From Candidatus Latescibacterota bacterium (lineage in GTDB: Bacteria > Latescibacterota > UBA2968), in NCBI GenBank assembly GCA_965204375.1, contig OZ241986.1:2208001-2272000 (forward strand): DNA of 64,000 nucleotides, read 5' to 3'. The notes beneath the pieces were generated by a model. The model saw only the letters and a list, made by a program, of their open reading frames with translations. It was not told the origin of the DNA and ran no database searches. Positions 53,075 through 62,339 of this stretch are shown piece by piece; position 1 is the stretch's first letter; every line of letters begins with the position of its first letter. Made by a program: the position numbers and the translations under genes.

Positions 53075-53536
53075 TCACCAGATACTCCTTTTTGTGGCAA
53101 CAACTTCCGACTCGCGCTGGGCAATTAACCGGATGCGCTCTTGAATGCGTGCGAGAATCAACCGCAACCGATCTCTATCGGCATCTGATAATCCGTTATT
53201 ACGCCAGGGATCATCACCACTTCTTTTTTGCTTGGTCATCTGCACATTGATCTCATAAGTAAAAAAATCCATCACAACCGAAATGCGCGTGCGCCGCGAA
53301 ACATCGAAAAAAGTCTGACTCGCATAACTCGACTCATGTCGCCAGCCCGTCGTGACCACACCGCCCACGGGATCAACCGTTTCTACCGTATAGCCTTCTT
53401 CGTGTAAAATAGTCACCGTGGCATTGGCAAATGCCACGGGAGAAATTTTTTCAACCGATCCCGAGATCGACACGGGATCAACCACATTGCAACCCAGCGC
53501 AAAACCCAATAAAAGAAGAATCGTAACGTATTTCAT
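53075..53536 (-). CDS. Hypothetical lipoprotein
   Basis: MKYVTILLLLGFALGC lipobox; G.VTTGW. Confidence 0.65.
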   Translation of the reverse strand: MKYVTILLLLGFALGCNVVDPVSISGSVEKISPVAFANATVTILHEEGYTVETVDPVGGVVTTGWRHESSYASQTFFDVSRRTRISVVMDFFTYEINVQMTKQKRSGDDPWRNNGLSDADRDRLRLILARIQERIRLIAQRESEVVATKRSIW

Positions 53537-53761
53537 ACTGTCCCCCTGGCTAAAAGTTTCAGGTTTTTCGGGAAGCGATAAAGACCAGCAACCGTTCACA
53601 ACGCTACTGTCTCCTGACTGCAACTTTTGTGCCAGATGGGATCAAACTGAAACAAAAAATCGTAACATAATTATTTTTAATATGTTACAACAATTCTCCC
53701 AAATTATAATTCCAAAAAATAAATGTAGCAAAAATTCACACTGTGCGTCAATACCACAAAG

Positions 53762-53798
53762 AAAAAAGCCCCCTTTCTTTATGATTGGGGGCTTTTTT
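53762..53798. terminator. Bidirectional terminator
   Basis: AAAAAAGCCCCC..GGGGGCTTTTTT. Confidence 0.8.
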
Positions 53799-53800
53799 GA

Positions 53801-54259
53801 TCATTCCGATAAAACTAAAAACAATTCCACATCGGCTTGTACCGCATTCCAAACATCTCTCAAGCCCCACACAAGGTTTTGCATTTTATCCCACACCAGG
53901 ACAAATGTATAAGTATGCCTTGATACATGGCGAAAACCAAGATATGGCTGAAGGCGTTCTATGGTTGCTCGAGAGATGACAGGCATTCGAGACTCGGCTT
54001 TGCGTCCCATCTGAAGCAAAAGATCCTTGTGCCAGGATTCTCCCTCAGGAATTTGCCCATCAACTCGTTTGCCAATTGTCTGAAAAATATTTTCTACGCC
54101 ATTGTAGAAAGATTGCAATACGGCACCAAGGGCTGTATATTCTATCAGCGTTGGCGCAATTGAACGAGAAGACTCAATGAGATCATCGTATTCGGAGAGC
54201 AATTTTTCAATCTGTTGCAATTCACGCCGTACCAGAACTCGGGTCCGATCATCCAACAT
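53801..54259 (-). CDS. HEPN (HepT-like) ribonuclease toxin
   Basis: LQSFYNGVE, WHKDLL, FRHVSRH (Rx4H). Confidence 0.88.
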   Translation of the reverse strand: MLDDRTRVLVRRELQQIEKLLSEYDDLIESSRSIAPTLIEYTALGAVLQSFYNGVENIFQTIGKRVDGQIPEGESWHKDLLLQMGRKAESRMPVISRATIERLQPYLGFRHVSRHTYTFVLVWDKMQNLVWGLRDVWNAVQADVELFLVLSE

Positions 54260-54557
54260 GGATTAAAGTCGCTTCGCGTTCAAGAAAGGATGCCAGGTCG
54301 GCATCTGAATCCAGGTCTATAAGGTCTGTGGACCGTGTAAGCTCTAAGAGCAGCCTACCTTGCAGATTGTAAAATTTATCTGGTGGACATCCTCTGACTG
54401 CAAAATCGATATCAGACCGTTCAGTAACACGTCCTTCAGCAACAGATCCCAAGATATAGATAGATTTACATCCTTCGGACTTCAATATATCCACTCCTTT
54501 TTCAATATCTTGCATTATTGTATCTGACAACTCTGGAAGACTGTCAACAATTGCCAT
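54249..54557 (-). CDS. Minimal nucleotidyltransferase (MNT) antitoxin
   Basis: GSVAEG..SDIDFAV..DLIDL; GGAGG before ATG 54557. Confidence 0.88.
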   Translation of the reverse strand: MAIVDSLPELSDTIMQDIEKGVDILKSEGCKSIYILGSVAEGRVTERSDIDFAVRGCPPDKFYNLQGRLLLELTRSTDLIDLDSDADLASFLEREATLIHVG

Positions 54558-54586
54558 TCTGCCCTCCACCATTACCCATAAAATAA

Positions 54587-54662
54587 TGGAGCCATCCAGC
54601 GGATTCGAACCGCCGACCGCCTGATTACGAATCAGGTGCTCTACCAGCTGAGCTAGGATGGC
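54587..54662 (-). tRNA. tRNA-Thr(CGT)
   Basis: 76-nt cloverleaf GCCATCC..GGATGGC-TCCA, anticodon arm CCTGA-TTCGTAA-TCAGG, GTTCGAAT T-loop. Confidence 0.97.
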
Positions 54663-54754
54663 TCTAAGATATAAAAAATTACTGTTCTCGTTCCATGCGA
54701 AAAATACACAAAGCATTAAAGGCTGTCAAGAAGGAAGAAAAAAAGGAGGTACCA

Positions 54755-55537
54755 ATGAAATTTGTCGTCGCTGTCGATTGCGAAGGCGTAGCCTGTGGCG
54801 TGGGATCACCTGGCGCGTCATTGAACTCTTCTCGAAATTTAGAATTCGCCAAATTACAGGCCACGCGAGAAGCGGATGCGGCTGTCCGCGGATTATTTGC
54901 AGCCGGTGCAGAACAGGTCATTGTATGGGATAATCACGGCGGGAGCTTGAATCTGAATTACGATCTCCTGGACGAGCGATGCGATATTGCACTCGGCGTG
55001 GGATTTGAACACCGATTTCCCGGCATGGATGAATCATTTGATGGTGTGGCGTTTGTCGGTTATCACGCCATGGACAATACAACTGATGGCGTGATGTGTC
55101 ATACCTTCAGTTCCGCGACGTATCAATGGATCAAAATCAACGGACGGGAAGTTGGAGAGATGGCCATAGACGCGGCCGTTGCAGGAGAGCGAGGGGTACC
55201 AGTCATTTTTGCCTCAAGTGACGACAAGGGAACCGCGGAAGCCGAGTGTTTTTTCCCCGGCGTTGTCACAGTCACAACCAAGCAGGGGATGGGATGGAAT
55301 TGCGCGGTGAGCAAACACCCCAAACGGGTAGTAAATGAAATCTATGAAACGATTCAGAACGCCGTGGCCAAACGCAACGCCATAAAGCCCTTTGCATTTT
55401 CATCGCCACTCACTATGGAAGTGCGCTATAAACGGTTCGAATCCGCGCAGTCGGCCAGCCGCGGATTTTCCGGCGCAGAGCGCGTTGATCCCTATACTGT
55501 GAGGCGAACACTGCAATCCATCCAGGATTATTATTGA
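54755..55537 (+). CDS. M55 D-aminopeptidase (DppA-like)
   Basis: DCEG, D.HG...N, VGYHA..G..HT. Confidence 0.9.
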   Translation: MKFVVAVDCEGVACGVGSPGASLNSSRNLEFAKLQATREADAAVRGLFAAGAEQVIVWDNHGGSLNLNYDLLDERCDIALGVGFEHRFPGMDESFDGVAFVGYHAMDNTTDGVMCHTFSSATYQWIKINGREVGEMAIDAAVAGERGVPVIFASSDDKGTAEAECFFPGVVTVTTKQGMGWNCAVSKHPKRVVNEIYETIQNAVAKRNAIKPFAFSSPLTMEVRYKRFESAQSASRGFSGAERVDPYTVRRTLQSIQDYY

Positions 55538-55563
55538 GAATATGCAAAAGCACAGGAGAAAAA

Positions 55564-57030
55564 ATGAAAATTCTGCTCGCAGCCTTCAAACAAGAAACAT
55601 CCAGCTTTAACCCGGCGCGCACGCCCTACGATATGTTCGACGTACTATTTGGTGATGAACTCCTCGCACTGCGGGGCAGCAATACCGAAATCGCCGGCGC
55701 GCTCGACATCTTTGCCGAACGCGCAGACATCGACTTAGTACCCATCTATTCGGCATCATCTGTATCCGGCGGGCCAGTCGCCGACGCGGACCTCGACAAG
55801 CTCATGGAAGAACTGCTCACAGGCATTCGCAACAACGCACCCGCAGACGGAATGCTCATGGTCTTTCACGGCGCAATGGCTGGCGAAACCGAAGTCGATC
55901 CCGAAGGACATGTCCTCACCGAAATCCGCAACATCCTGGGCGATGTGCCCATTGTCACCACCTTTGACCTGCACGGCATCATCACCGACCGCCTCATCGA
56001 ACAATCCGACATTATGGTTTCCTTTCACACGTATCCACACATCGACATGTACGAAACCGGGCAACGGGGAGCGCGCAACCTGCTCGCCCTTCTCGATGGC
56101 AATGTCAAACCCACCGTCGCCCACATTCGACTGCCCATGCTCGTGCGAGGCGACGAACTCATCACCAAAACCGGACGATTTGGTCAGGCCATCCATTGGT
56201 GTGGGGAAATAGAAAATTCCGAAGGAGGCCTGGGTAGCGGTGTCTATATCGGCAATCCTTTCACCGATGTACCCGACCTGCGCTCCAACGTCATTGTCTT
56301 TACCGACAACGACCCCGAACGCGCACAACGCGAAGCCAAACGCATCGCCCAATACATGTGGGATAATCGCGACCATTTCACCGCACCACTCACTGCGATT
56401 CCAGACGCCATACGTCTGGCAGAAGAAACCCGGGGTCTCACCGTCTTTTCCGACGCTGCCGATGCCACATCTTCGGGCGCATCAGGCGATAGCAACGCCA
56501 TTCTCAAGGGCCTATTTGAACACAATTATCAAGGCCGCGCACTCCTGCCCATTGTCGATCCCCCGGCTGTTGAAGCGGCCTTTCGCGCAGGTGTGGGCAC
56601 CACCATAACCATTCCCATTGGCGGTGCCATAGACAAAGCGCGTTTTTCCCCCATCGAATGCGAAGTCTATGTCCAACTCCTCACCGATGGGGCATATATT
56701 ACAGGCACGGGCACATCGGGACATGCGGGCAACACGGCTGTTCTCCAGGCCGGGACTTACAGCATCATGGCGACCACGCGCCCGGTAAGCATCATGGATC
56801 GCAAAGTCTTTGAAGCGCGCGGCCTCGACCCGCGAGACTTTGACCTGGTCGTGTGCAAATCGCCCAACGGCTTTCGAGTTCACTTCGAAGAAATAGCCGC
56901 CCGAATCGTACCTGTTGACGCACCCGGCTCCACCAGTGCCAACTTAAAATCCCTGCCCTTTACCGAATGCCAGCGCCCTATATACCCACTGGACGATGGC
57001 GTACAACCGCCACGAGAAATAGACGGATAG
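55564..57030 (+). CDS. M81 metallopeptidase (MlrC-like)
   Basis: QETSSF, HGAM..DPEG, DLHG, TYPHID. Confidence 0.9.
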   Translation: MKILLAAFKQETSSFNPARTPYDMFDVLFGDELLALRGSNTEIAGALDIFAERADIDLVPIYSASSVSGGPVADADLDKLMEELLTGIRNNAPADGMLMVFHGAMAGETEVDPEGHVLTEIRNILGDVPIVTTFDLHGIITDRLIEQSDIMVSFHTYPHIDMYETGQRGARNLLALLDGNVKPTVAHIRLPMLVRGDELITKTGRFGQAIHWCGEIENSEGGLGSGVYIGNPFTDVPDLRSNVIVFTDNDPERAQREAKRIAQYMWDNRDHFTAPLTAIPDAIRLAEETRGLTVFSDAADATSSGASGDSNAILKGLFEHNYQGRALLPIVDPPAVEAAFRAGVGTTITIPIGGAIDKARFSPIECEVYVQLLTDGAYITGTGTSGHAGNTAVLQAGTYSIMATTRPVSIMDRKVFEARGLDPRDFDLVVCKSPNGFRVHFEEIAARIVPVDAPGSTSANLKSLPFTECQRPIYPLDDGVQPPREIDG

Positions 57031-57031
57031 T

Positions 57032-58102
57032 ATGACACACCTGCTATGTCAAATCTGTGGAAAAACCCGTAGCGCCAACACCTTGCAGTGGCGCTGCACC
57101 TGCGGTGGTCTCTTTGACCTCCATTTTGAGGCCGCGCTCTTCGTTGACGCACTTCCCCACCGACCGACCACCCTGTGGCGCTACCGCGAAGCCATTCCCA
57201 TCAAAGACAACGCCCATATCGTCACCCTTGATGAAGGGTTCACACCACTGACACCCTTAACCATCGCCGGCAAATCCCTCCTCGTCAAACAGGACCACCT
57301 GTTTCCATCCGGCTCGTACAAAGACCGCGGCGCAACCGTTTTAATCAGCCATGCAAAAGCACTCGGCATTCACCACATGGTCGAAGATTCGTCGGGCAAT
57401 GCAGGTGCAGCCATCGCGGCTTACGCAGCGCGTGCGGGAATTGCCTGCGACATCTACGTTCCCGACAGCACATCAGCGGCAAAACTCGCGCAAATCCAGA
57501 GCTATGGCGCAAACCTGTACAAAATCCCGGGATCGCGGGAAGACACCGCACAGGCGGTTCAAGACGCCGCGCAAAAACACTTTTATGCAAGCCATGTCTG
57601 GAGTCCCTTCTTCTTTCACGGCACCAAAACATTTGCCTATGAAATCTGGGAACAACGCAATTTCAACGCGCCAGATACACTCATCATACCAACGGGAAAT
57701 GGAACATTGCTAATCGGTGCTTACATCGGATTCACGGACCTTCTCAAACAAAATTTGATCACCCACCTGCCCAAACTCATCGCCGTGCAATCCGCCCATT
57801 GCGCCCCTCTCACGCCCACCTGGACGGGCAAATCCTCTGCGACCATCGCCGAAGGCATCGCCATTGCAGAACCCGCCCGCGCAGCGCAGATCGTCCAGTA
57901 CATTGATAAAACAGGGGGCGACATCCTCACCGTTGACGACAACGAAACGCACAACGCCCAAAAACTAATGGCCGAAATGGGCTTTTACATCGAACCCACC
58001 TCGGCCACAGCCATTGCAGCGTTTGTGAAATACCCATCTCAAAAAGACGAAATCGTCGTCGCCCCCCTCACGGGACATGGTCTAAAGTCTTTGGGAAAGT
58101 AG
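57032..58102 (+). CDS. Threonine synthase-like PLP enzyme
   Basis: N-terminal CxxC/CxC, PSGSYKDRG, SSGNAG, PTGNG, EPTSA, LTGHGLK. Confidence 0.88.
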   Translation: MTHLLCQICGKTRSANTLQWRCTCGGLFDLHFEAALFVDALPHRPTTLWRYREAIPIKDNAHIVTLDEGFTPLTPLTIAGKSLLVKQDHLFPSGSYKDRGATVLISHAKALGIHHMVEDSSGNAGAAIAAYAARAGIACDIYVPDSTSAAKLAQIQSYGANLYKIPGSREDTAQAVQDAAQKHFYASHVWSPFFFHGTKTFAYEIWEQRNFNAPDTLIIPTGNGTLLIGAYIGFTDLLKQNLITHLPKLIAVQSAHCAPLTPTWTGKSSATIAEGIAIAEPARAAQIVQYIDKTGGDILTVDDNETHNAQKLMAEMGFYIEPTSATAIAAFVKYPSQKDEIVVAPLTGHGLKSLGK

Positions 58103-58118
58103 AGGCTAAAGATCGGCC

Positions 58119-60071
58119 TCAGGAATAGCAGCTAACAAAGATGAGGAAATCAGCAAAATTAATATTGCCATCGCGATTCAAGTCCATACGACCGTCAAAG
58201 CCTTCGTCTGATAAACTTTTCCCATAAACCGCAACAAATAACAAAAAGTCGTCAAAATTCACTGCCCCATCGCCATTAAAATCGCACTGGACAAGAGGCG
58301 TATTATTCTTCGTGTTATTCACCAATATCACATTATCCAATATCTCGATGCCATTGCCCTCCAGACCGACTACGGAATGTTGAATTTTACAATTTTTCAA
58401 GGTCACGGAGCCGTAATTGCGGATGCCATACCAATCGCCGGCTTTTGGTCGAGATGAATGCTCAGTTATTTGCCCTTCAAATGCGATTTGCTGCCCTCCT
58501 GAAGCATCGGCATTTATCGTTCCGTAGTTCACAATATCGACTCGCGATATATCCTCTATATCGTGAATATCTATATTGGGATACGCACGGATCACCGTTC
58601 CTTCCTCAATCGTCAAGGTCGCGCCAGGATACACCACAATATCACCCATGAGGTCAATGGTATCTCGCCAGGTAACCGCTTGAAGAATGGGGTAGTGATG
58701 AAACTGGGTATGAGGAATCTTTTTACTGTCATAACTGCCGGTTTCAAATTTATTCCAGTTGCTTTTGTGAAACGGTCCCACAGGAGATTTATTTTGGACA
58801 ATCGCAGTTATCGGTAGCCAATCCAAAGGCGAATCCACTTCGAGTTCGCCCCATCTTACTTCGGCCCCCAACCAACTCATGTCTGCTGACAACCCCATAT
58901 TATGGGCGTTATCTCTATCGGGCGTGGGCAAAAGCACCAAATCATAATATTGTGCGAGATCGGGATTTGTGTTCTCATCAACCACAGTACTCAAGACAAT
59001 CCCACGGTTTGTCAGATGTTCCGTAAGATCAATAAACCATACGCTTCGGGGATAATCACCACCGGTTGGAAAACTGCCATGGGAACCTGCCCCTATATAG
59101 ACCACGGGATGCGTGCCACCTTCTGCCGGAGCAAATTCTTTCTGAGGATTGAATTTTCTGCCGCCCTTTTTTATATAACTTAACCTGTCACCGTGAAACG
59201 AGTAGTTCACGCCAAAAAGCTCCGCCTTAGCGGTATCGCGGTCTGTTATAATGACATCAATGAACGGCCAATCTCCTTCGTGGTTGTTTTTCCAATCATT
59301 AAAAGGATAAAAGTAATAATACCGTATTGTAAATTTGTCGTGATATGCGGGAACACTGCTCTCAATCTGAAAAATATGCGCGTATGCTGTATTCTTAAAA
59401 TGCGTTCCAGCGCGAGGATGAATAGTATTTTCATAATAGTGATACCAGTTTTCCTTGTCATCGCCTTTTTCCTTATTGCCGGGATAGTCAAAATGTGGAT
59501 CGAAAAAAAGAGCCGAATCTACCTGTGCTATTTCTGCTATCTCTATAGAACTTATCTTTGCAGAACCTTCCTCTATGGGATCTATTTGGATTGCTACCTG
59601 TACAGGACCTGCTTGGGCAGAACGGTTTTCTAACACTTTTAAGACGTCTAACAATATCGTATCCCGATAAATGAACTCTTTGGATAAAAAAGCAAATTCA
59701 TTTTTTGAAAAATCGACTTTGGGAAGCGAATTGAATTTGGGAAACGCTTTTATTACATCTGAATATTTGTAATTTCCGATATTCCCTTGACCGTATTTCC
59801 CTTCCGTTGTTCGGCCATAGACTTTCACTGAAAACCAAAGGTTAGCAGCGGATTTCGCGCCCATGATTTCTACGGGTTCAGGGAATATTACTCTGCGGCC
59901 TGGGTTCTCTGGTTCTTCTGCCAAAATCAAAATTGGAGAAAATTTCTCGGCGAGCAGTTCGTCTTGCGTTTTGCTATCGGCAAGACTCGAAAATACAAAG
60001 AACAATATCGTCGCTATCCCTATCCTGTAAGCCCCACCACGGAACAAGTTTTGTACAAATTGTAAATCCAT
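58119..60071 (-). CDS. Secreted protein with HEGDW domain and dockerin/EF-hand-like tail
   Basis: Signal peptide, YYYFYPFND..HEGDW, twin DxNxDG.VNF.DFL.F. Confidence 0.7.
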   Translation of the reverse strand: MDLQFVQNLFRGGAYRIGIATILFFVFSSLADSKTQDELLAEKFSPILILAEEPENPGRRVIFPEPVEIMGAKSAANLWFSVKVYGRTTEGKYGQGNIGNYKYSDVIKAFPKFNSLPKVDFSKNEFAFLSKEFIYRDTILLDVLKVLENRSAQAGPVQVAIQIDPIEEGSAKISSIEIAEIAQVDSALFFDPHFDYPGNKEKGDDKENWYHYYENTIHPRAGTHFKNTAYAHIFQIESSVPAYHDKFTIRYYYFYPFNDWKNNHEGDWPFIDVIITDRDTAKAELFGVNYSFHGDRLSYIKKGGRKFNPQKEFAPAEGGTHPVVYIGAGSHGSFPTGGDYPRSVWFIDLTEHLTNRGIVLSTVVDENTNPDLAQYYDLVLLPTPDRDNAHNMGLSADMSWLGAEVRWGELEVDSPLDWLPITAIVQNKSPVGPFHKSNWNKFETGSYDSKKIPHTQFHHYPILQAVTWRDTIDLMGDIVVYPGATLTIEEGTVIRAYPNIDIHDIEDISRVDIVNYGTINADASGGQQIAFEGQITEHSSRPKAGDWYGIRNYGSVTLKNCKIQHSVVGLEGNGIEILDNVILVNNTKNNTPLVQCDFNGDGAVNFDDFLLFVAVYGKSLSDEGFDGRMDLNRDGNINFADFLIFVSCYS

Positions 60072-60107
60072 AATTCCATCTAAAAAATTACTAAGGCGGA
60101 TAAGCCG

Positions 60108-61499
60108 CTACACTCGCCAGGAAATTTTCTCCCAATCCTCATCCTCGCATTGTTGCACGTACTCGCGCACAATTCGCATCGCATTATCGGGGCTGCCCGA
60201 GCGATCCATATCTACCCAATTTATCGCATCGCGTTTTGCGACCATCCAGCTTTTCAAAATTTCAAAAGGAGCACCTGTTTCGAGATCTGATTCCGATTCC
60301 CCTAAAAAGTAAAACTCGTGCAACGCCTGCTCTGCCGCTTCCCAATCGCACAGATCTTTACGCGCACGCATCTGGACAAAAGATGTATCATTCACAACAC
60401 AAAACAACTCTACGCATTCCGACTCAGCCGACGGCAGAATCAGCACTATATTTTTCAGATTACCCAATTCCGCATCGCGCTTGTGTACATCGAGCTGTGT
60501 ATTAAACTCGGGCTGGCACAGCGCGATCAGTTTCGACTCAAGCAGAAGTGCCTCAAGCTCAGACCCTACCGTCTCCACCTCCATGGACCATATCCGATCC
60601 AAAATACGCTGCGTCTTTTTCGGTCGCTCTGATCTTCTGGCAAAATAACTGCCCACGCGCCTACGCAAATTCACTGCCTTGCCCACATAAATCACGCCAC
60701 CCTCGCGATCTCGCATAATATAAACCCCCGGCAACTCGGGCAACGCGTTTAAAAATACCTCGTCAAAAGCATACGCATCAAAATGTATTGGAACGGGATC
60801 TGGATACAGTGCAGTAGTCACTGCTTCAACAGTATTAAGACCTTCCTCTTCACACCGCTCCAAAAGATCCAACAAAATATCGGCCTGCAGACTCGCCTCC
60901 CCTTCAGCTCCGCGATCCGACACAAAAGACAGCCCCATAGTAGAAGCCAGATCCTCGACAGAATGCAACTGCACATCGGGACAAAAACGTCTCCCCAGCC
61001 GAAACAGACAAATCCCGGAATCTACGACATCTTTACCCATCATCAGGCGACTCATCCTATTCAAATCTCTCCGCATCCTGGACCACTGAAATCCCACAGG
61101 AATCGCATCTCTCATTCCTTCGGCATAAGAATCCAAACTTTCCTCCCGATCATCCATGCGAACCCGGACCGTGGAAAACAGCGTCTCGCGTCCCCCCATC
61201 TGCACCTTGCGCCCTGCAAGTTCATAAACCTCAGCATCCGCAGATGCGACCACTCCGAAACAAAAAAAAGAAACCTCCTGCAGGGTCTTACCCTGTCCCG
61301 GAGGTCTTAAATACCACAGGCCACCACGGTCACATGCAAACCGGGGATCATCATCAATAGCTGCACGCACCACTTTATCGGCTATGGAACCGCGTGCGCC
61401 GTGTAACCCCAGTGCCTCAGAAGCCAGCACCTCTGCGTGTACACCCGTATCGCGCTGCTCTAAAAAAGCGTAGATGCGATCCTTAACAGTTTGGTCCAC
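60108..61499 (-). CDS. GIY-YIG (UvrC/Cho-like) nuclease with a degenerate exonuclease-like N-terminal region
   Basis: LPELPGVY..IYVGKAVNLRRRV.SYF..ELEALLLE..P.FN. Confidence 0.85.
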   Translation of the reverse strand: MDQTVKDRIYAFLEQRDTGVHAEVLASEALGLHGARGSIADKVVRAAIDDDPRFACDRGGLWYLRPPGQGKTLQEVSFFCFGVVASADAEVYELAGRKVQMGGRETLFSTVRVRMDDREESLDSYAEGMRDAIPVGFQWSRMRRDLNRMSRLMMGKDVVDSGICLFRLGRRFCPDVQLHSVEDLASTMGLSFVSDRGAEGEASLQADILLDLLERCEEEGLNTVEAVTTALYPDPVPIHFDAYAFDEVFLNALPELPGVYIMRDREGGVIYVGKAVNLRRRVGSYFARRSERPKKTQRILDRIWSMEVETVGSELEALLLESKLIALCQPEFNTQLDVHKRDAELGNLKNIVLILPSAESECVELFCVVNDTSFVQMRARKDLCDWEAAEQALHEFYFLGESESDLETGAPFEILKSWMVAKRDAINWVDMDRSGSPDNAMRIVREYVQQCEDEDWEKISWRV

Positions 61500-61507
61500 A
61501 GTTTATC

Positions 61508-62335
61508 CTATCGGGATTTGCGCGCAATCGCACACAACCATTCGCCATCTTCTATCATCTCATCAATCACCAGATCGGTCCTGTCCAGCACCGTGCAAAA
61601 TGCCTCGCGCTCGCGGTGCAAAATACCCCCCAAAATCGCGTATCCTTCGGGATGCAGTCGCTTTGCCAATTCCGGAACCATAGGCAATAAAATACTGCTG
61701 ATAATATTTGCAACCATCACATCAAAAATCCCCGATATCCTATCGACAGAACACTGCATCAAAACCACCTGTGCATCCACATCATTCAAAATACAGTTGG
61801 CCCGGGCATTCTCAATCGCATCCGCCTCAATATCCACAGCCGTTACTTCAGACGCCCCTAACTTCACAGCCGCAATGCTCAAAATCCCCGATCCCGTCCC
61901 GACATCCAGCACCCGATCCCCTGAAGTTATCTTCTTCTCTAAACTCAAAAGTGCCAGACGCGTTGTCTCGTGATGCCCGGTACCAAATGCCATTTGGGGA
62001 TCAATCGCGATTGTAAAACCGCCCGGGGGATCGGGCACCCTGTCCCACGGTGGGCAAATTGCCATGCGAGGGGAGGGATAAACAGGCCGAAAAAAAGAAC
62101 GCCACGACAGTGTCCAATCCGTATCGGGCACCTGTTCAAAGCGGCACTCATAGGGTACGAGAGCCTGTCGTATCTCTTCCTCATTTTGCTCCGCCCCAAA
62201 ATACGCAGTCAGCCGAACCCCATCGCTTATATCTTCCTCCACCACACCACAACATCTCAGTTCAAACAACTGGGCAGACGCGATTTCAACCCTTGCCCGC
62301 GGGATCACCACAGATACTTGAAAATAGGTATTCAC
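61508..62335 (-). CDS. prmA: Ribosomal protein L11 methyltransferase
   Basis: IDPQMAFGTGHHETT, VLDVGTGSGIL, VANI. Confidence 0.93.
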   Translation of the reverse strand: MNTYFQVSVVIPRARVEIASAQLFELRCCGVVEEDISDGVRLTAYFGAEQNEEEIRQALVPYECRFEQVPDTDWTLSWRSFFRPVYPSPRMAICPPWDRVPDPPGGFTIAIDPQMAFGTGHHETTRLALLSLEKKITSGDRVLDVGTGSGILSIAAVKLGASEVTAVDIEADAIENARANCILNDVDAQVVLMQCSVDRISGIFDVMVANIISSILLPMVPELAKRLHPEGYAILGGILHREREAFCTVLDRTDLVIDEMIEDGEWLCAIARKSR

Positions 62336-62339
62336 TTTC

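Noticed and set aside
54587-54662. tRNA-anchored island with att repeat
   Set aside because: No second copy of the tRNA 3' end noticed and no integrase
54558-54716. N-terminal extension of the MNT ORF
   Set aside because: It runs through tRNA-Thr; the RBS supports a start at 54557
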